A stretch of DNA of 64,000 bases from the human T2T-CHM13v2.0 reference genome, Homo sapiens, in the NCBI RefSeq assembly GCF_009914755.1, contig NC_060930.1; one strand, given 5' to 3'. A program made the translations under genes and the position numbers. The stretch's first letter is position 1; each line of letters starts with the position of its first letter. The notes under the pieces were generated by a model. It made no database searches. It had not been told where the DNA came from and saw only the letters and a program-made list of their open reading frames with translations. Shown here in pieces: positions 1 through 13,549 of this stretch.

Positions 1-284
1 GAAATGTGACTTTCATTTTGAATAACTGTTGTATGAATGGAAAACATAGTTAGCAATTTATCATATCTCATGATTGCCCTTAAATCTAAATATTGGAATC
101 ATCTTTATCTACGTTTTTATTATTTTGTTTTTTATAGGCTTGCAGCTTATCTTTCCATGTAGTTAAAATCCCTTGAGGGTAGGAAATGTTTTATTCTTTA
201 TATTTTTGCCAACTGCCCAAATCAAACTCTAAAATACAGTGTGAGATCTCAAAATATCTGTTGCTTATATTATAGCAATATTTG

Positions 285-1105
285 AACCAAGATATACATA
301 TATAAATGTTCATTTCGGCACTACTTGTAATGGCAAAAATTAGGAACAACTAAAAAAAGTCTGTCTTGGTTCATTTGTGCTATTATAATAAAATACCATA
401 TACTGGGTAATTTATAAATAATAGAAATTTATTTTTCACCATTCTGAAGGCTGAGAAGTCCCAGATCAAGGTGCTGGCAGGTTTGGTGTCTGGTGGAAGG
501 CTGCCCTCTCTGCTTCCAGCATGACACTTGTTGCTGTGTCCTCTGGAGGGCACAAACACTGTGTCAGAAGGTGGCAAGGCAAAAGGGAGGAATGCTGCGT
601 CCTCAAAGGCACACAGGCAAAAGGGCCTCACTAATTCCCAGCTCTTTTATAAGGCACTAATTCATTCATGAGGGCAAAGCCTTCATGACTTAATCTCTTC
701 CTCAGAGGCCTCATCTCTAAATAGCACCTCAATGGAGATTAAGTTTCAACATAAATTTTGGAGGAAACATAAACATTCGACCTATGGATTGTTCATTAGT
801 AGAGGAATGGTTAAATCAACCATGGTTCACCCACACTTTGGAACATACTGGAATAAGTTAAAAAAAAAAAAGTAAATAGACCCATTTAATCTGGCATGAA
901 GATATATTCAAGATATATTTTTAAATTTAAAAATCTAGTTATGGAACAATCCATTTGGTATGAGTCAGTAATGTAAAATTATATCTTATTCTGTGTGTAC
1001 ATATATGAATAATATTGTACAAGAAAATGGGTAAGTTTATTGGTAAAAAACTGTTCACAGTGGGTACCTTGGTGAGGGGAATGGATTGATAGGAACTGGA
1101 AGAAA
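285..1105 (+). mobile_element. Old L1 (L1ME-type) 3' fragment, split by a MaLR LTR
   Basis: L1 3' motifs 'aatgttcatttcggcactacttgtaatggcaaaaattaggaacaact' before 361 resume as 'tgttcattagtagaggaatggttaaat' after 790. Confidence 0.55.
362..787 (-). mobile_element. MaLR solo LTR (MSTC/MSTD/MLT1A-like)
   Basis: Starts 'tgtcttggttcatttgtgct...aataccat...ctgggtaatttataaa', contains 'gagaagtcccagatcaaggtgctggcagg', ends 'ggaaacataaacattcgacctat'. Confidence 0.85.
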
Positions 1106-1109
1106 GGGA

Positions 1110-1412
1110 ATTTTTTTTTTTTTTTGAGACGGAGTGTTGCTCTGTCATCCAGGCTGGAGTGCAGTGGCGCGATCTCAGCTCACTGCAACTTCCGCCTTCT
1201 GGGTTCCTGGGTTCAAGCAATTCTCCTGCCTCAGCCTCCCAAGTAGCTGGGATTACAGGAGCTGCCACCACAGCCAGCTGATTTTTTGTATTTTTAGTAG
1301 AGATGAGGTTTCACTATGTTGGCCAGACTGGTCTCAAACTCCTGACCTCATGATCTGCCCATCTCGGCCTCCCAAAGTGCTGGGATTACAGGCGTGTGCC
1401 ACTGCTCCCAGT
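1110..1412 (-). mobile_element. AluS element
   Basis: Poly-T, 'gagacggagt', both arms, 'cccaaagtgctgggattacaggcgtg'; small internal duplication 'ctgggttcctgggttc'. Confidence 0.97.
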
Positions 1413-1456
1413 CTATTTTTATTCAACAAATTTTAAGAGGCTATATCTACTTCAGG

Positions 1457-2111
1457 TGTGGCAAGCCAGGTCTCATTAACAGCAGAACAGGTAGGCCTCC
1501 ATGACAACTGTTTCAGCTCTGACTGAATGGTTACATTAAATATTAAAAGCTGAGGGAGCCAGTGTCCTTATACAAAGGCTGGGATGTAACAAAAGCCCAC
1601 CAAGAGTCTTGCCTAGGCCTTTCCTGGGCCTTGAAGCATGACAAGATAACGAAGGAATTCTTAACAGGACCTGTTTAGGATTAAACAAGTTTTATTGGGG
1701 GTCTGAAGAAACTCCCCAGACCTCCACAGACAAGTTTATGGGAGGCCTAAAGGCACTCCCCAGACCTCCCTGATTTAGCAGGAAACAAGATAAGGGTAAT
1801 CACCCCTGGTGCCTGCACCCATCTAGATTAAGTAAATTCACTGAGACTCCAGAGGAAGGTCTTCAGGACTTAGACCTTAGTTATAGACTCGAAGAAGTTA
1901 ATCACTTACGTCTTTAGGTGAATGCACACTCACACATAGCACGTATAGCGCTCTGGAAAACTTTGTAATTTTGAGTTGATCTGGTGATATTTTCCCGGCC
2001 TTCTCCCTGTACCCGGTTATAGAAATAAGCTCTCTTCTTTCCCAGTTCATCTGCATCTCGTTACTGGGCAGCGAGATTAAGCAGCCCAACCCTCAGTTCG
2101 GTCCAGGAACA
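1457..2111 (+). mobile_element. ERV1-type solo LTR (family not assigned)
   Basis: TG...CA termini (tgtggcaagcc...ggaaca), degenerate poly(A) signal 'aaataagc' near 2023, internal repeat 'acaagttt...actccccagacctcc', imperfect 4-bp TSD cagg/caga. Confidence 0.82.
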
Positions 2112-2454
2112 CAGAAACTGGACTAAAATCAATATTACAGAAGCTGCTCAAATTTTCATGAAAAGACAATTATTAAAACAGAAACACTTTCCTTAATAAG
2201 ATAGAGAAAATATTTTAAATGACCAAGTTTTTATAAAATTTGTTCCATTTAATATATGTTGATAGATTTTAGATCCCTTCATGAGCAAACTTTCTTTTTC
2301 CTGTAAAACATGCAAAATTTTTTAGCAATTAAAGTTGTCATATTAGAATTAAAATTTCTTTCCTCTAAGAACACTTGCCTTTGAAAGTCTGCAGCTTGTT
2401 GATGAGCAGCAGTGAGCCTTCATCACATCATCAATAACAACAGGCTAATGACAC

Positions 2455-2545
2455 TGGAGGACTATGGTAAGGATTAAATGAGATAAGGCAAAAATTGTGT
2501 GACATGGGAGCTAGAACACCACAAGGACTCAGTCAGTGGTGGGTG
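2455..2545 (+). mobile_element. MIR fragment
   Basis: MIR core 'gtaaggattaaatgagataa'. Confidence 0.6.
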
Positions 2546-4029
2546 CTACCCATTTGGACTAATCGGGTATCTACTCTAAATAAGGAGACTCCCTCATTCC
2601 AGTTGCCTTGGGCTGTAACACCTGGAGGGAATCATTCAGCTCTTTTCAAAGAATACTTTAGGATGACGATATTCCTGGCAGGGGATTCAGAAATAGAAAT
2701 GCAGTAACAATTTTATATTAGAAAACATCTAAATAATTCAGTTGTTTAGGAAGCCTGAAACACCACTTGTTTCACTGTTCATGTCACCGATTCTCCATTA
2801 AGATTTACCTGTTAGCTTGGAACAGCCTTCAAGAGAAAGATTCATCAAATTTAACTTTTTCATCTACAGCAGGCTAGAGTTAATGCTCATATATCCACAA
2901 GATTTGTTTTAGCATAGGCAGCAATTCTGTTCCATGCAATGGCGCTGCATTTTGTAAAATACTCTGATCATGGAAGATTATTAAGGTTTTCTTATTCTTA
3001 TTTTAAGATGAGGCACTCTAAAAAGAAAATCTTCATAAGCATTTAATAAAGTAAATTCAAAGCATAACTATTGTACTTGTCAGAAAGGTGATAAGAAGAA
3101 GGCTTCATAAATTGTTCTTGATATGATCAAACTCAGCTTTAAAGCAACACCAAGCAACCAGAACTCTTTGATATGTATGCCAGGGTGTGAGGTTGAGATT
3201 TCATTTCAAAATCTGAGTCATTCAAGAACACATTTGTAAAAAGAAGAAACCCTACTGTTTACCTAATGTTTAAAAACGTGATCTTTACCAAAATGGCTGG
3301 ATCAGATTTAATTATTTTTACATATTAAATACAGACCACACGCCCAGCCTAGGGTCACTGGAATTTAAAGAGAGCACATCATGAAATTCTTAGCCTCTGA
3401 AAGATTGCAATCTAACCAAGAAGACAAATTACATTCTCATAAAATAGAGAAGTATACAACTTAGAACTAAGTGCCAAAATAGATGAGTCATGTGCTTAAT
3501 CCCATGGAAAAACAGAAAACAAGACTAGAGTTATAGGAGCTATTAAGCTGCAAACATTTGCATTAAATAATTTTATTTTTATTAATAGAGGACTAAATAC
3601 TTTAAAATAAATCATTGCTTAAAGCCATTAAAATCACCTATTAATTAGTTATCAGTTTTTCTGGCAAGTAATTTGAGTATCATTATCTGAACTTCTGCTA
3701 GTGCTTAGAGATACCCGATGCCTTTAAGATGCTTAAACTCGTCCTTCTGAGATGGTATGGCTTGAACATCTTTCACTTGTTTGAATACCTATGTTAGAGC
3801 CACGTAATGACTTTATTTCTTTGTATATAGGTTGAGATTATTCTGTTAATATCTACCATAAAGAAATAGTCGTTCATGAGATTTTTAACAGACAGAAAAA
3901 TATCTAGCCTGGTAGCAAGCATCTGAAAACCTGTTTTAGGATCCTGTTTCTCAGCTGATTCAGGGAATATGCCTTCTTTCACTAGCTTATTATTATGCTA
4001 TAGAAAGAGCAAAGGCTTCTGAAATTTGA

Positions 4030-4185
4030 AAAACTTGTCTTTGAATCTGTCTGATTTATCTGACCTTGAGCAAATTACTTGACTTCTCTGATCCTCGGCC
4101 TCCTTATTTACAAAATGAGATAAATTATTCCAAATGTGCAAAGCTGCTTTGAGGGTTAGATGGAACGTATGAGAAACAACTAATA
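4030..4185 (+). mobile_element. MIR
   Basis: 'tgaccttgagcaaattacttgacttctctgatcctcggcctcc...aaaatgagataa...gagggttagatgg'. Confidence 0.65.
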
Positions 4186-4324
4186 GAAAGTTAGAGACAC
4201 ACTGTAAGAGAGAGCTAATATAATTTTCACTTGCTGGTGTATACATTTTCTGTCATTGATCCTGTTAGTACAAGCATCATCAACCAAGCTGTGCATATAT
4301 GTTGTCTTATACCATTTATAACAC

Positions 4325-4625
4325 CATGTTGAGAATTCTTAAATCCAAAGCTCTGAGAGATCTGTAAGATTGTTGTTTTTTATCTCCAATCTTTGGGTGG
4401 TAAAACTTAACCTGAACTAATGTATACTATTTATAACTTTATTTTATTTCATTTAGCATGAATGCTTACAGGTTTTGCTGCAGAAACAGTAAAGTGATAA
4501 AGAACATTGCTGTAGAAACTACTAAGGGTGGAACATAGTACACAGTATATGCACCACAGTGTCTTTCCAATATCTGAATGCATCTGCTCCAAAGGTTTCA
4601 TAGAAAGGACTATAGAATTCTAGTA
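4325..4625. mobile_element. Degenerate TcMar-Tigger-type non-autonomous element
   Basis: End 'catctgctccaaaggtttcatagaaaggactatag' and internal 'aaaacttaacctgaacta' resemble Tigger-derived MITEs (from memory). Confidence 0.4.
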
Positions 4626-4650
4626 TTTTCCCTTAACTTTTTCTTACATT

Positions 4651-4757
4651 ACTACAATTTAGCTGGCTTTCATTCATTATATATTTGTGTTTGACACAAA
4701 TTTATTATTACTTTGCTAAACACAAATATATAATAAATGAAAACCAGCTGTTGTAGT
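4651..4757. repeat. Inverted repeat, about 40-bp arms with a 25-nt spacer
   Basis: 4651-4692 'actacaatttagctggctttcattcattatatatttgtgttt' is the near reverse complement of 4718-4757 'aaacacaaatatataataaatgaaaaccagctgttgtagt'. Confidence 0.95.
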
Positions 4758-6692
4758 TTTTAAACCACTTTATTAAAGTATGGTTGATACACAAAAAGTT
4801 GTACATGTTTAATGAATAAACCTGATGGGTTTAGAGATAACATACAGCTATGAAACTGTCATCACAATCTATGCTGTGAACATAGCCATCATCTCCAAAA
4901 GTTTGTATGCATGTATATATGTCTGTCTGTATATATTTTTATAAGAACATTTAATGTAGAATCTACTCTCCTAGAAAATTTTTACATGTACAATAAAGTA
5001 TTCTTAACTATAGGCATTATACTATTCAGTATATCTCTAGGACTTACTCATCTTGCATAGCTGAAACTTTGTGCCCTATGACTAAAATCTCCCCATTTCC
5101 CTCTCTCCATGACCTCTGGAAACCACCATTCTACTCTCTGTTCTATGAGTTTGACTATTTTAGATTCCTCATATAAGTGATATCATGTAGCATTTGTCCT
5201 TCTGTGCCTGGCTTATTTCACTTAGTATAATGTCCTCTAGGTTCATCCATGTTGTTGCAGATAGCAAGATTTTCTTAAGACTAAAAAATATGTCATTTTA
5301 TGTAAATATCACATTTTCTTTATTCATGTGTCTGCTTGGACATTAAGGTTGTTTCTATATCTTGCTACTGGGAATAATGCTGCCATGAACATGGGAATGC
5401 AATTATCTCTTTGAGAATCTGATTTCAATTCCTTTGAGTATATTCCCAGAAGTGAGATTGCTACATGGCAGTTTTTTTTTCCCCAGGGAATCTCCATACT
5501 GTTTCTGTAATGGTTGCACCAATATATATTCCCGCCAATAGTATATAAGGATTTCCCTTTTTACCACATAGTCACTAACACTTGTTATCTTTTGGGTTTT
5601 TTTTTTGGGGGGGGGGGTTGTTGTTTATAATAGCAGTCATAACATATGTGTGGTGATATCTCACTGTGGTTTTGATTTACATTTTCCTGATCAGTAGTGT
5701 TAAGCATTTTTTCCTATACCTGCTGGTCATTTCTCCTCCGGAGAAATGCCTATTCAGATCTTTTGCCCATTTTTAATTGGATTACTTTTATCTTTGCTAT
5801 TGAGTTCGACTTTCTTATATATTTGGATATTAATCCTTTTTCAGATATATGATTGCAAATATTTTATCCCATTCTGTAGGTTGCCTTTCCATTTTCCATA
5901 TTTCCTTTGTTGTGAAGAAGGTTTTTAGTTTGATGTAGTCCTCCTTGTCTGTTTTTAGTGTCATATTCAAGAAACCATTGCCAAGACCAATGTCATGGAG
6001 ATTTTCTCTTATGTTTTCTTTTAATAGCTTTGCAGTTTCAGGTCTTATGTTTAAGTCTTTAATCCATTTAATCCAACATGAGTTTTGTGCATGCTGTAAG
6101 TCCAATTTCATTCTTTTGCATGTGTTTATCCAGTTTTTCCAACAGTAATTATTGAAGGGACTATCCTTTCCTTATTGTGTATTTTTGGCACCCTTGTTGA
6201 AAATCAGTTGATGTTATATGCTTGATTTTATTTCTGAGTTTCCTATTCTGTTCCAATTGATCTATTTGTCTGGTTTTTTTTTTATGCCAGTACCATATTG
6301 TTTTGATTACTATAGTGTTGGGATATATTTTGAAGTCAGGAAGTACAATACGTCCAACTTTGCCCTTCTTGCTGGAAATCCCTCTATTTAGGGTCATGTG
6401 TTCCATATGAATTTTAGGATTGTTTTCCTATTTGTTTGAAAAATGCCATTGGGATTTTAATAGAGATTGCATTGAATCTATAAATCACTTTGAGTAGTGC
6501 AGACATTTTAACATTAATTCTTCCAATCCATGAACATGGGATATCTTTACATTTATTTGTGTCTGCTTTAACTTCTTTCATCATTGTTTTCTAAATTTCA
6601 ATGTACAAGTCTTCCACCTCCTTGGCTAAGTCATTTCCTGAGTCCTTTCTATAGCCATTGTAAATGGGGTTGTTTCCTTAATTTCTTTAATT
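4758..6692 (-). mobile_element. L1MA/L1MB-type 5'-truncated LINE-1 (ORF2 C-terminus and 3'UTR)
   Basis: ORF track peptides KWIKDLNIRPETAKLLKENI and LPDFKIYPNTIVIKTIWYWHK are L1 ORF2; typical L1M 3'UTR. Confidence 0.92.
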
Positions 6693-6918
6693 CCCCAGAG
6701 ATGTTTGGATTGCAAACAGATAATTCCACTAGCTATAGAAAAATCTATAAATGTTGACTTTCAGATTTATTTTCCAAGTATCCTTTGAAAGAAACAAATA
6801 GCATTTTTGTACAGATCCCCCAAAAATGATAATTTCATTTTTATATTTTAAGTCAATTTAAATTCAATCTTGAACCTAGAAAAATTAGAGTATTAGTCTG
6901 CTTCAATGCCCACACTCC

Positions 6919-7360
6919 TGTGAACATTGTCAGAGTCAAAATGGAGTAAATTGTGTTTAAAATTCTGGCAAATAGAGCTGGGAAAGTCCACGAAGGAAGG
7001 GTTCTCATGCATAAATGACTAATAGCAAGAACTATCACAAAAGACGCTGCAAAACCACAACTTTGCACAAAGGCCATGGCAACTTTACACAAAAATATAC
7101 TTCTGCAAGGACATCTGCCCAGCAACTACCTGTCCAACCTCAGACCAGCAAGGTTATTGACTTTTTTAGCCAAGGATAATTACCTTAAAACAATTATGTA
7201 AACTTTATCATTTTTCTTTTAAAAATCCTGGTCTTCTTTTACCTTCCTGAATACGCACATAGTTTACTGTGGCACACATATTCCCTTTGCAATGCCCTAT
7301 TTCAAGAAAATAAATATTTTCTTTTATAGAGCGTCTCTCTGCTTGTTATTAAGGTTAACA
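6919..7360 (+). mobile_element. Solo LTR, LTR47/MER72-like
   Basis: 'tgtgaac...caaaatggagt' start, 'aaccacaactttgcacaaaggcc', aataaa, end 'gttaaca'; TSD ctcc/ctcg. Confidence 0.8.
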
Positions 7361-7958
7361 CTCGCTGCTGCTTCTTAAAACACACCAAAAATAACTGTTT
7401 TTTCTTTCAGACTTTTCCTGAGAGAGCATATATTCAAAATTCTCTAGTTTTCTGTTTATTGTTGTCATTGTTATTGCTGCCTGTAAGACAACAAATATAC
7501 CAAAAGCAAGAGAATACTTTCATCTAACCAATTTTTCATGCCCAACAAGTTGCTAAAGCAAGATTGATGAGTGAACGGCTAGAATAATAGGAAGAACAAA
7601 CTTTTTCCTGCTGGTGGGATAAGCTGGTGCTCAGCTGGAAGCAGTTCTCTAACTGCTGAAAGAATAATGGAAACTTCTCTGGAACATCCTTAGGGAATTT
7701 AATACCTGTAAATGAGTGAAAGGAAAAAGGTACAATGTGCACAAACAAGCATATACACATCTTGAAATGAATTCTAGATCCTGAAGCTTAATTCACAGCT
7801 GCTAGTATTGAAATCCTTTGTTTAGAATAATTTAGAGCAAATTTAACCAGTAATTAATAAAATAGATTTTACAGTAATTGAAGTTAGATAGCGAAGTTGA
7901 TAATTATTTTGGAGCTTTAGAATTTTTCTCTCTACAAACTAGATTTCTAAGAATATTC

Positions 7959-8241
7959 TTTTTTTTTTTTTTTTTTTTTTTTTTTGATATGGGGTCTTGC
8001 TCTGTCACTCAGCTTACTGCAACCTCCACCTCCCAGGCTCAAGCAATCCTCCCAAGTCAGCCTGCCAAGTAGCTGGGACTACAGGTGTGCACCACCACAC
8101 TCTGTTAATTTTTGTATTTTTCACAGAGGTGGGTTTTCACTATGTTGCCCAGGCTTGTCTCAAACTCCTGGGCTCAAGCAATTCACCTGCCTTGGCCTCC
8201 CAAAGTGCTGGGATTTCAGGTGTGAGCCACCGTGACCGGCC
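7959..8241 (-). mobile_element. AluJ with a deletion in the right arm
   Basis: 'ctcctgggctcaagcaa' J diagnostic; TSD ctaagaatattctt/ctgagaatattctt. Confidence 0.95.
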
Positions 8242-9829
8242 CCTGAGAATATTCTTAAGATATTTACAGTGGAATAGGTAAAGTGAGTGATAGGGAGTGC
8301 TGAAGATAATAAACAGAACTCATTATCTGAAGTTATCAGTAGTTCGGTTTTCTCACAGTTAATCCATATTTATGAAAATAATAAGTTGTCAATCAAGAAT
8401 AGAATCAATAAAAATATTTATTAATCTGCCATGTTAAGACTACAGGCACATAAAAACAAAGAGATTAATTCAAACATTTCATCTGCATAATACCTCAAAC
8501 CTGACTATTTAAAAGTGGTTGGGTAATTAAGTAGACATTTCACTTTTTATACAAATATTTGGAATCTTTCCATGCCTAAGGTTTATTTTCTTCATTAAAG
8601 TGTTATGATTACTGCCACTTACCTGGGAAATAAAATGTGACAGGAAGTTCATCATGAAATGGAGATGCCATTCCCTGCCTGGGACTATTTCCCACTCTTG
8701 TTCCATCTGTACAATAGTCATTCTATAACCTCGGCCCCAGAGGGTCTGAGGTTGGGACTTAGCCTTACCAACCAAAGAAACAACTCCTGGTCTGAGTCAT
8801 AGAGTCATAAATTTAGTCACATAAAACTGTCATCTTCAGTGACACTCATTGAAAATGTGCCTGGACCTATACAATTTCCTTTAAATTAATTTCAATTTCC
8901 AGGGAAAAATGATTCAGAAAGCAAATAACGTTAATGTTCTTCCCACAAATTCAAAATAATTTTGAGAATTTCACCACTATATAGTCAGTTATAAGATGGC
9001 AAAATAAAAACATTTTTCAAATTCTTAAAGCAGTGAGATGCTAATTGTTCATTTGTGAAAAGCCAGAAGCCCTGTTTTTAAATAACAGTGCATCAATTTC
9101 CAACTTGAAACAGATGTTGGCACTTGGGATGACTCATTATTCTTAACTCCTGTCGGAGCACTTGCCCACTGGGCCTCAGATTAAATTTCAGAACACAGGC
9201 AGCAGCACTAACTTCTGAGAAGAAAATGTCACTAGAATGCCATTTCACATCAGTGACAGTGGCTTCTTCAGAAAATTAAGCTTCATTTCATGTCTGCAAG
9301 AACAGTGACCATTGACTCACCACTGCGTTAGTTCAGCTTGCCCAATAATAACTACAGAGCTTCACTCTAAAATCAAGTGCAATAGCTGCAAACAAGCTTA
9401 GAAACGGGACTCAGACAGAGCACCTAATAACTGCCCTCGCAGTTACTTTTCTTCAAAACTCATTCTACTTCTAAAGATCTATAGAATATGGACATAATTT
9501 GGTCCTTAAAGTCTAAAATAGACAATGCAAATTTGGCTAGATGAATTTGATCATTTGATCAGAATCATCAAGCGCTATCAGAAATTTATCATTACATATT
9601 ATTTTTTACTTAAGCTCAAAGACTTTATTTAAGTTTCCAAATCTTATTTAAAAACACATTCCAAATTAAGTTATGGGAGAGTGAACAGTTCTGTGTAAAT
9701 TCTAATTTAACTTAATTTTTTAAAAGACGAAGATCTGATCTCTCGATCAGGAGGACTCTCTAAACTTGAAAGCATTGGAAGGTATCAGAAAGGAAAATAA
9801 TCACTGTATTTGCTTTCCTAAAAATGTAA

Positions 9830-10680
9830 AATATATGTATCTAAAAAGTGTCATTCAAAAATTAAGAAACATATAAAACTGAGTAAATATTTATGATGAA
9901 TATTGCAAAGGGTTGCATTCTTAATTTAAATTGATAAATGACCACCAAAATATCATTATACAAAAGACATGAGCAAGAAATTCACAGGTAAGGAAATATA
10001 AGTAGCAAGTACATTTAAGAAAAAAGTGTTCAACCTATCAATTAAACTGACAAGGTGTTATCTTTCTTTTAATAAATTGACACTATTTTATAAATATATT
10101 ATTTTTAATATAAATATCATTTATTCTTGGCATTAGTATTAGTAGTATTATGTTAGTACTCTCAGTATTAGAATTAGTAGAATTATAAATTAGTCCCATC
10201 TTGCTAAAAAAAAAATGCATTGGCATTTTTTACTTGGAGCCTTAAAAATATGTACATGCTTTAGACCAGGAAAGTTTTACATACAAAGATCATTATTGCT
10301 ATGTTCTTTATAAGAGTAAAATGTCCGAACCAACCTAGATGTTCAAAAATAGAGGAATATTTAAATTGATTATGAAATATACATATCCTATATTGTGTAC
10401 AACTATGTAAGAATTTAAAAGTATACCTGCAAAGTATTTTAATTATAAGGAAACATATTTATGACATATTATCAAGAAAAAGTGTATACATTTTATAAAA
10501 ATATAATCCTAAATATGAAAAAATATACCCATAGAAAAATACTGTAACTATACTTACACAAGTGATGATTATTACTTGGTAATTCACTATACAAGACAGT
10601 CCCCCTTCTTCGTACATTCTTATATTTTTTAATTTCCTCACAATAGGCATGTGTTACTTTAGTATTCAGGAAAAAATAAG
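9830..10680 (+). mobile_element. Degenerate L1ME-type fragments
   Basis: 'caaaagacatgagcaagaaattcacag', 'aaaagtgttcaacct', 'caacctagatgttcaaaaatagaggaat'. Confidence 0.55.
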
Positions 10681-11783
10681 CCTTAGTTTAAATGTGTATC
10701 AAAATGCTCACTTTAATTTTAAAAAACACATATTACACCTGTGACATTTGCAAAAGTAGTAGCAGAAAATAAATACATGTCTTGAAGAACTATAATTGGA
10801 TTTAAGAACAGTTTGAACAATGTGTTTATTATACTTGGAAAAATATTCATTATAGAGGGTGACCACAAAGTCTAGAAATAAATGTGTATTATTTATCACA
10901 TATCTTAATGTAATATCAATAATTCATCAATTGTGAATTTATCCATGTTTCCAGACTTGGTAGCCATCCTGTAATGAGCGATGGGATGTCAATCATTGAA
11001 AGGCATGTGTGGCAAATTTAAAAATTAAAAGAACTGAATCCATGACAACTTGTGATTCAAAGATCCCACTAAAACTTCATGGGATGGGGAAGAGGGTGAT
11101 AAGAATAACTATAATGTTTTCTTTCTGGTAACCTCCCTTTTTCAGAAGGATCAATTAAAAGCCATATTAACACACTATACAGTTGATCAATAAAGTATAC
11201 AATTTCTATCTGTGATCTTGCTTTAAACATGACAGATTTAATCTTAGAATAATCTGTCTCAAAACTGCTTAACAAGGCCAAACATGCATGTATTTTAATT
11301 AATCTTACTTGGACTAATGACAGAAAATACTACTGAGAAAATATTTTCACAAGAAACTATAAAGTACACTGCTTGAAATTAGCAAGACTTCTGAAAAGGG
11401 GCGTAAATGAAAAGCAAATACCTCCGGAAAACCTCTTCTCAAATTTGGGACTCTCTAGGTTTCTTAGTTCAGGGCCCAGAGGGCCGCCTCCAACCTGCAA
11501 GTGTGCACCAGAGTGTGCAGGGTCACTGTCCCTCCAGCAACCCTGACCCTTTATGCTTATATTGACGACTTTGCCTCTCATGCTCACTCATATACTGAGG
11601 ATTCAGAGATGAATAAAATAATTTTTTAACAGAGGGCAAAATGTAACAATGCCTGTAAGAGAAAGCAGCTAGAATTATAAGGGTGGGAGGAATTGATTTT
11701 GGTAGATCAGACGCGGCTCTGAGGAGGACATGGAATTTAAATCCAGCTCTGATGGATGATAGCCCATGGTGAATCAGGTTTAA

Positions 11784-11830
11784 CCGTTAATTTTATGGCA
11801 AAACCGCAATTACTTTTGCACCAACCTAAT
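11784..11830. mobile_element. MADE1 (Hsmar1-derived MITE), one TIR half only
   Basis: 'atggcaaaaccgcaattacttttgcaccaacctaata' matches the MADE1 TIR. Confidence 0.88.
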
Positions 11831-13549
11831 ATAATGCCTTATTTCATCACTGTTTCCAGTGAGGTGGTATTCCTAATTTTGCCCTAGCTGTTACACTCTA
11901 CTGTCTTCTAGGTGGGAGTTCTTAGTCAATCTGAATGAAAGGTGTCTTAATTAGTAGTTTAAAGAACACTCTTCTTTTAAAGATAATTTATGATTTAAAG
12001 AACAATTTTCTATTATATTTTGAAGATACCTAAATCAAAGAAAAACCTCCTCTCATGTGGAAATTTCCCTAGTCACACACTGAGGTGAACGTGGACTTCA
12101 CATATATATTTAGATCCAAGGCAAGGAGAATTGCTAGACATCTTAAACAAGGTTGGTATACCACAGATTTTTGTACTATTTGTGTTTTACAAAAAGCTGT
12201 AGTAGCCAAGAACTCCTCAGCTGATGTATTGCAATTTGGGACTTGGTAGGCTTGGTTTTGAAACTTCTTTTACTCATGTAAAGTTGTAAATGGAATAGAT
12301 TCTTGTTCTTATAGACTTTTATTTCTTCACAAACATAGAACCATACACTCTGATCTGTGAGACTGAAATACTGAGAAACAGATGCATGAATCATTTTTCC
12401 CTGGAACCACAAGATGCTGAAAATATTGAACAGATAAAAAATTGTCAAGAAAGAAAGAAAGTGGGGATATGGGGGAGAGAGAGGGGGAGGGAGGGAAAAA
12501 GGAAGGGAAAAGGAAGACAGAAAGAAGAGCAAAGAACAAAACTGATAGGAAACCACAATCAACTTTAACAATGAAGCTTGAATGAAGCCAAGTGTCAAGC
12601 TAAACTGGATGTTCTTAAGTCTGACATTTTTAAGGCATTTGTTTTCCTTAACATCTCTATGGATTATACAGATTTATAAATATTTGAATTCACTTCAATA
12701 AACCAAAGAAGTACTTAGTATATTGTACTTGATTTATAAATATGCAATGTATATTTATTAATGTTGTAATCTTAAATTTATTCCTTTGACCCCAATAAAC
12801 TCATTCTAAAAATCCTTGTTATTCAAGAGTGTACTTTTTACCCAAATGTCTTAAAATATATTGTTGTTTTAACTAACAGTACAGATTAGAATTCTAAAGA
12901 ACATTGGGTACTAGATTCCTTAGTACTGTAATTATTGCTTTAACATATAATTTCATCAGGACTTCTTAGTATAGATAATTAAGGTTTCTACTCTAACGTA
13001 TAGTAAAATTCCTTATCTCTAAAGTGTAATTATGTTCTAAATGATAGTAATAAATTCTTAATGTAACCAAACACTAATAACAAAATAAAAGCTTGTTTTG
13101 AGTAGTTTAATATGTGGAATAGCATCTTTTAACTAAATACTGCTTTGGTTAAATCATAAATGTACTTCTTGCTTTGTATGAGTAACAGAATTAAGAAAAC
13201 AATGACCACATTTTCCTTCATACATTAAGTGTTTGCCTGATTCAAATATTCTCTCTGATGCAGAGCTTTGATTCGCTCTATCAGCATAGCTCTTATATTG
13301 ATGTCTTTGTCTACTGTACTAAAGAACACATTGTTCTACAGAGACTAAATAAATAAATAGATTTAATCTAATAAAGCTGGCATTAAACTTTATTATGTAA
13401 ACAATCCATATGTACAAACAAGAAGAGACTATTTTCATACTAGGTGCAGGGGTAATTTTACGTATCCACATTTTACTTCCATATTCTTTACTGTAGGTAT
13501 CTGATGGGTAGGCCTACCTGGCTCAAATATCACTTCCAAGCAATGCTGG

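Noticed and set aside
1680-1775. Direct repeat 'acaagttta...actccccagacctcc'
   Set aside because: Internal to the LTR and probably part of its consensus.
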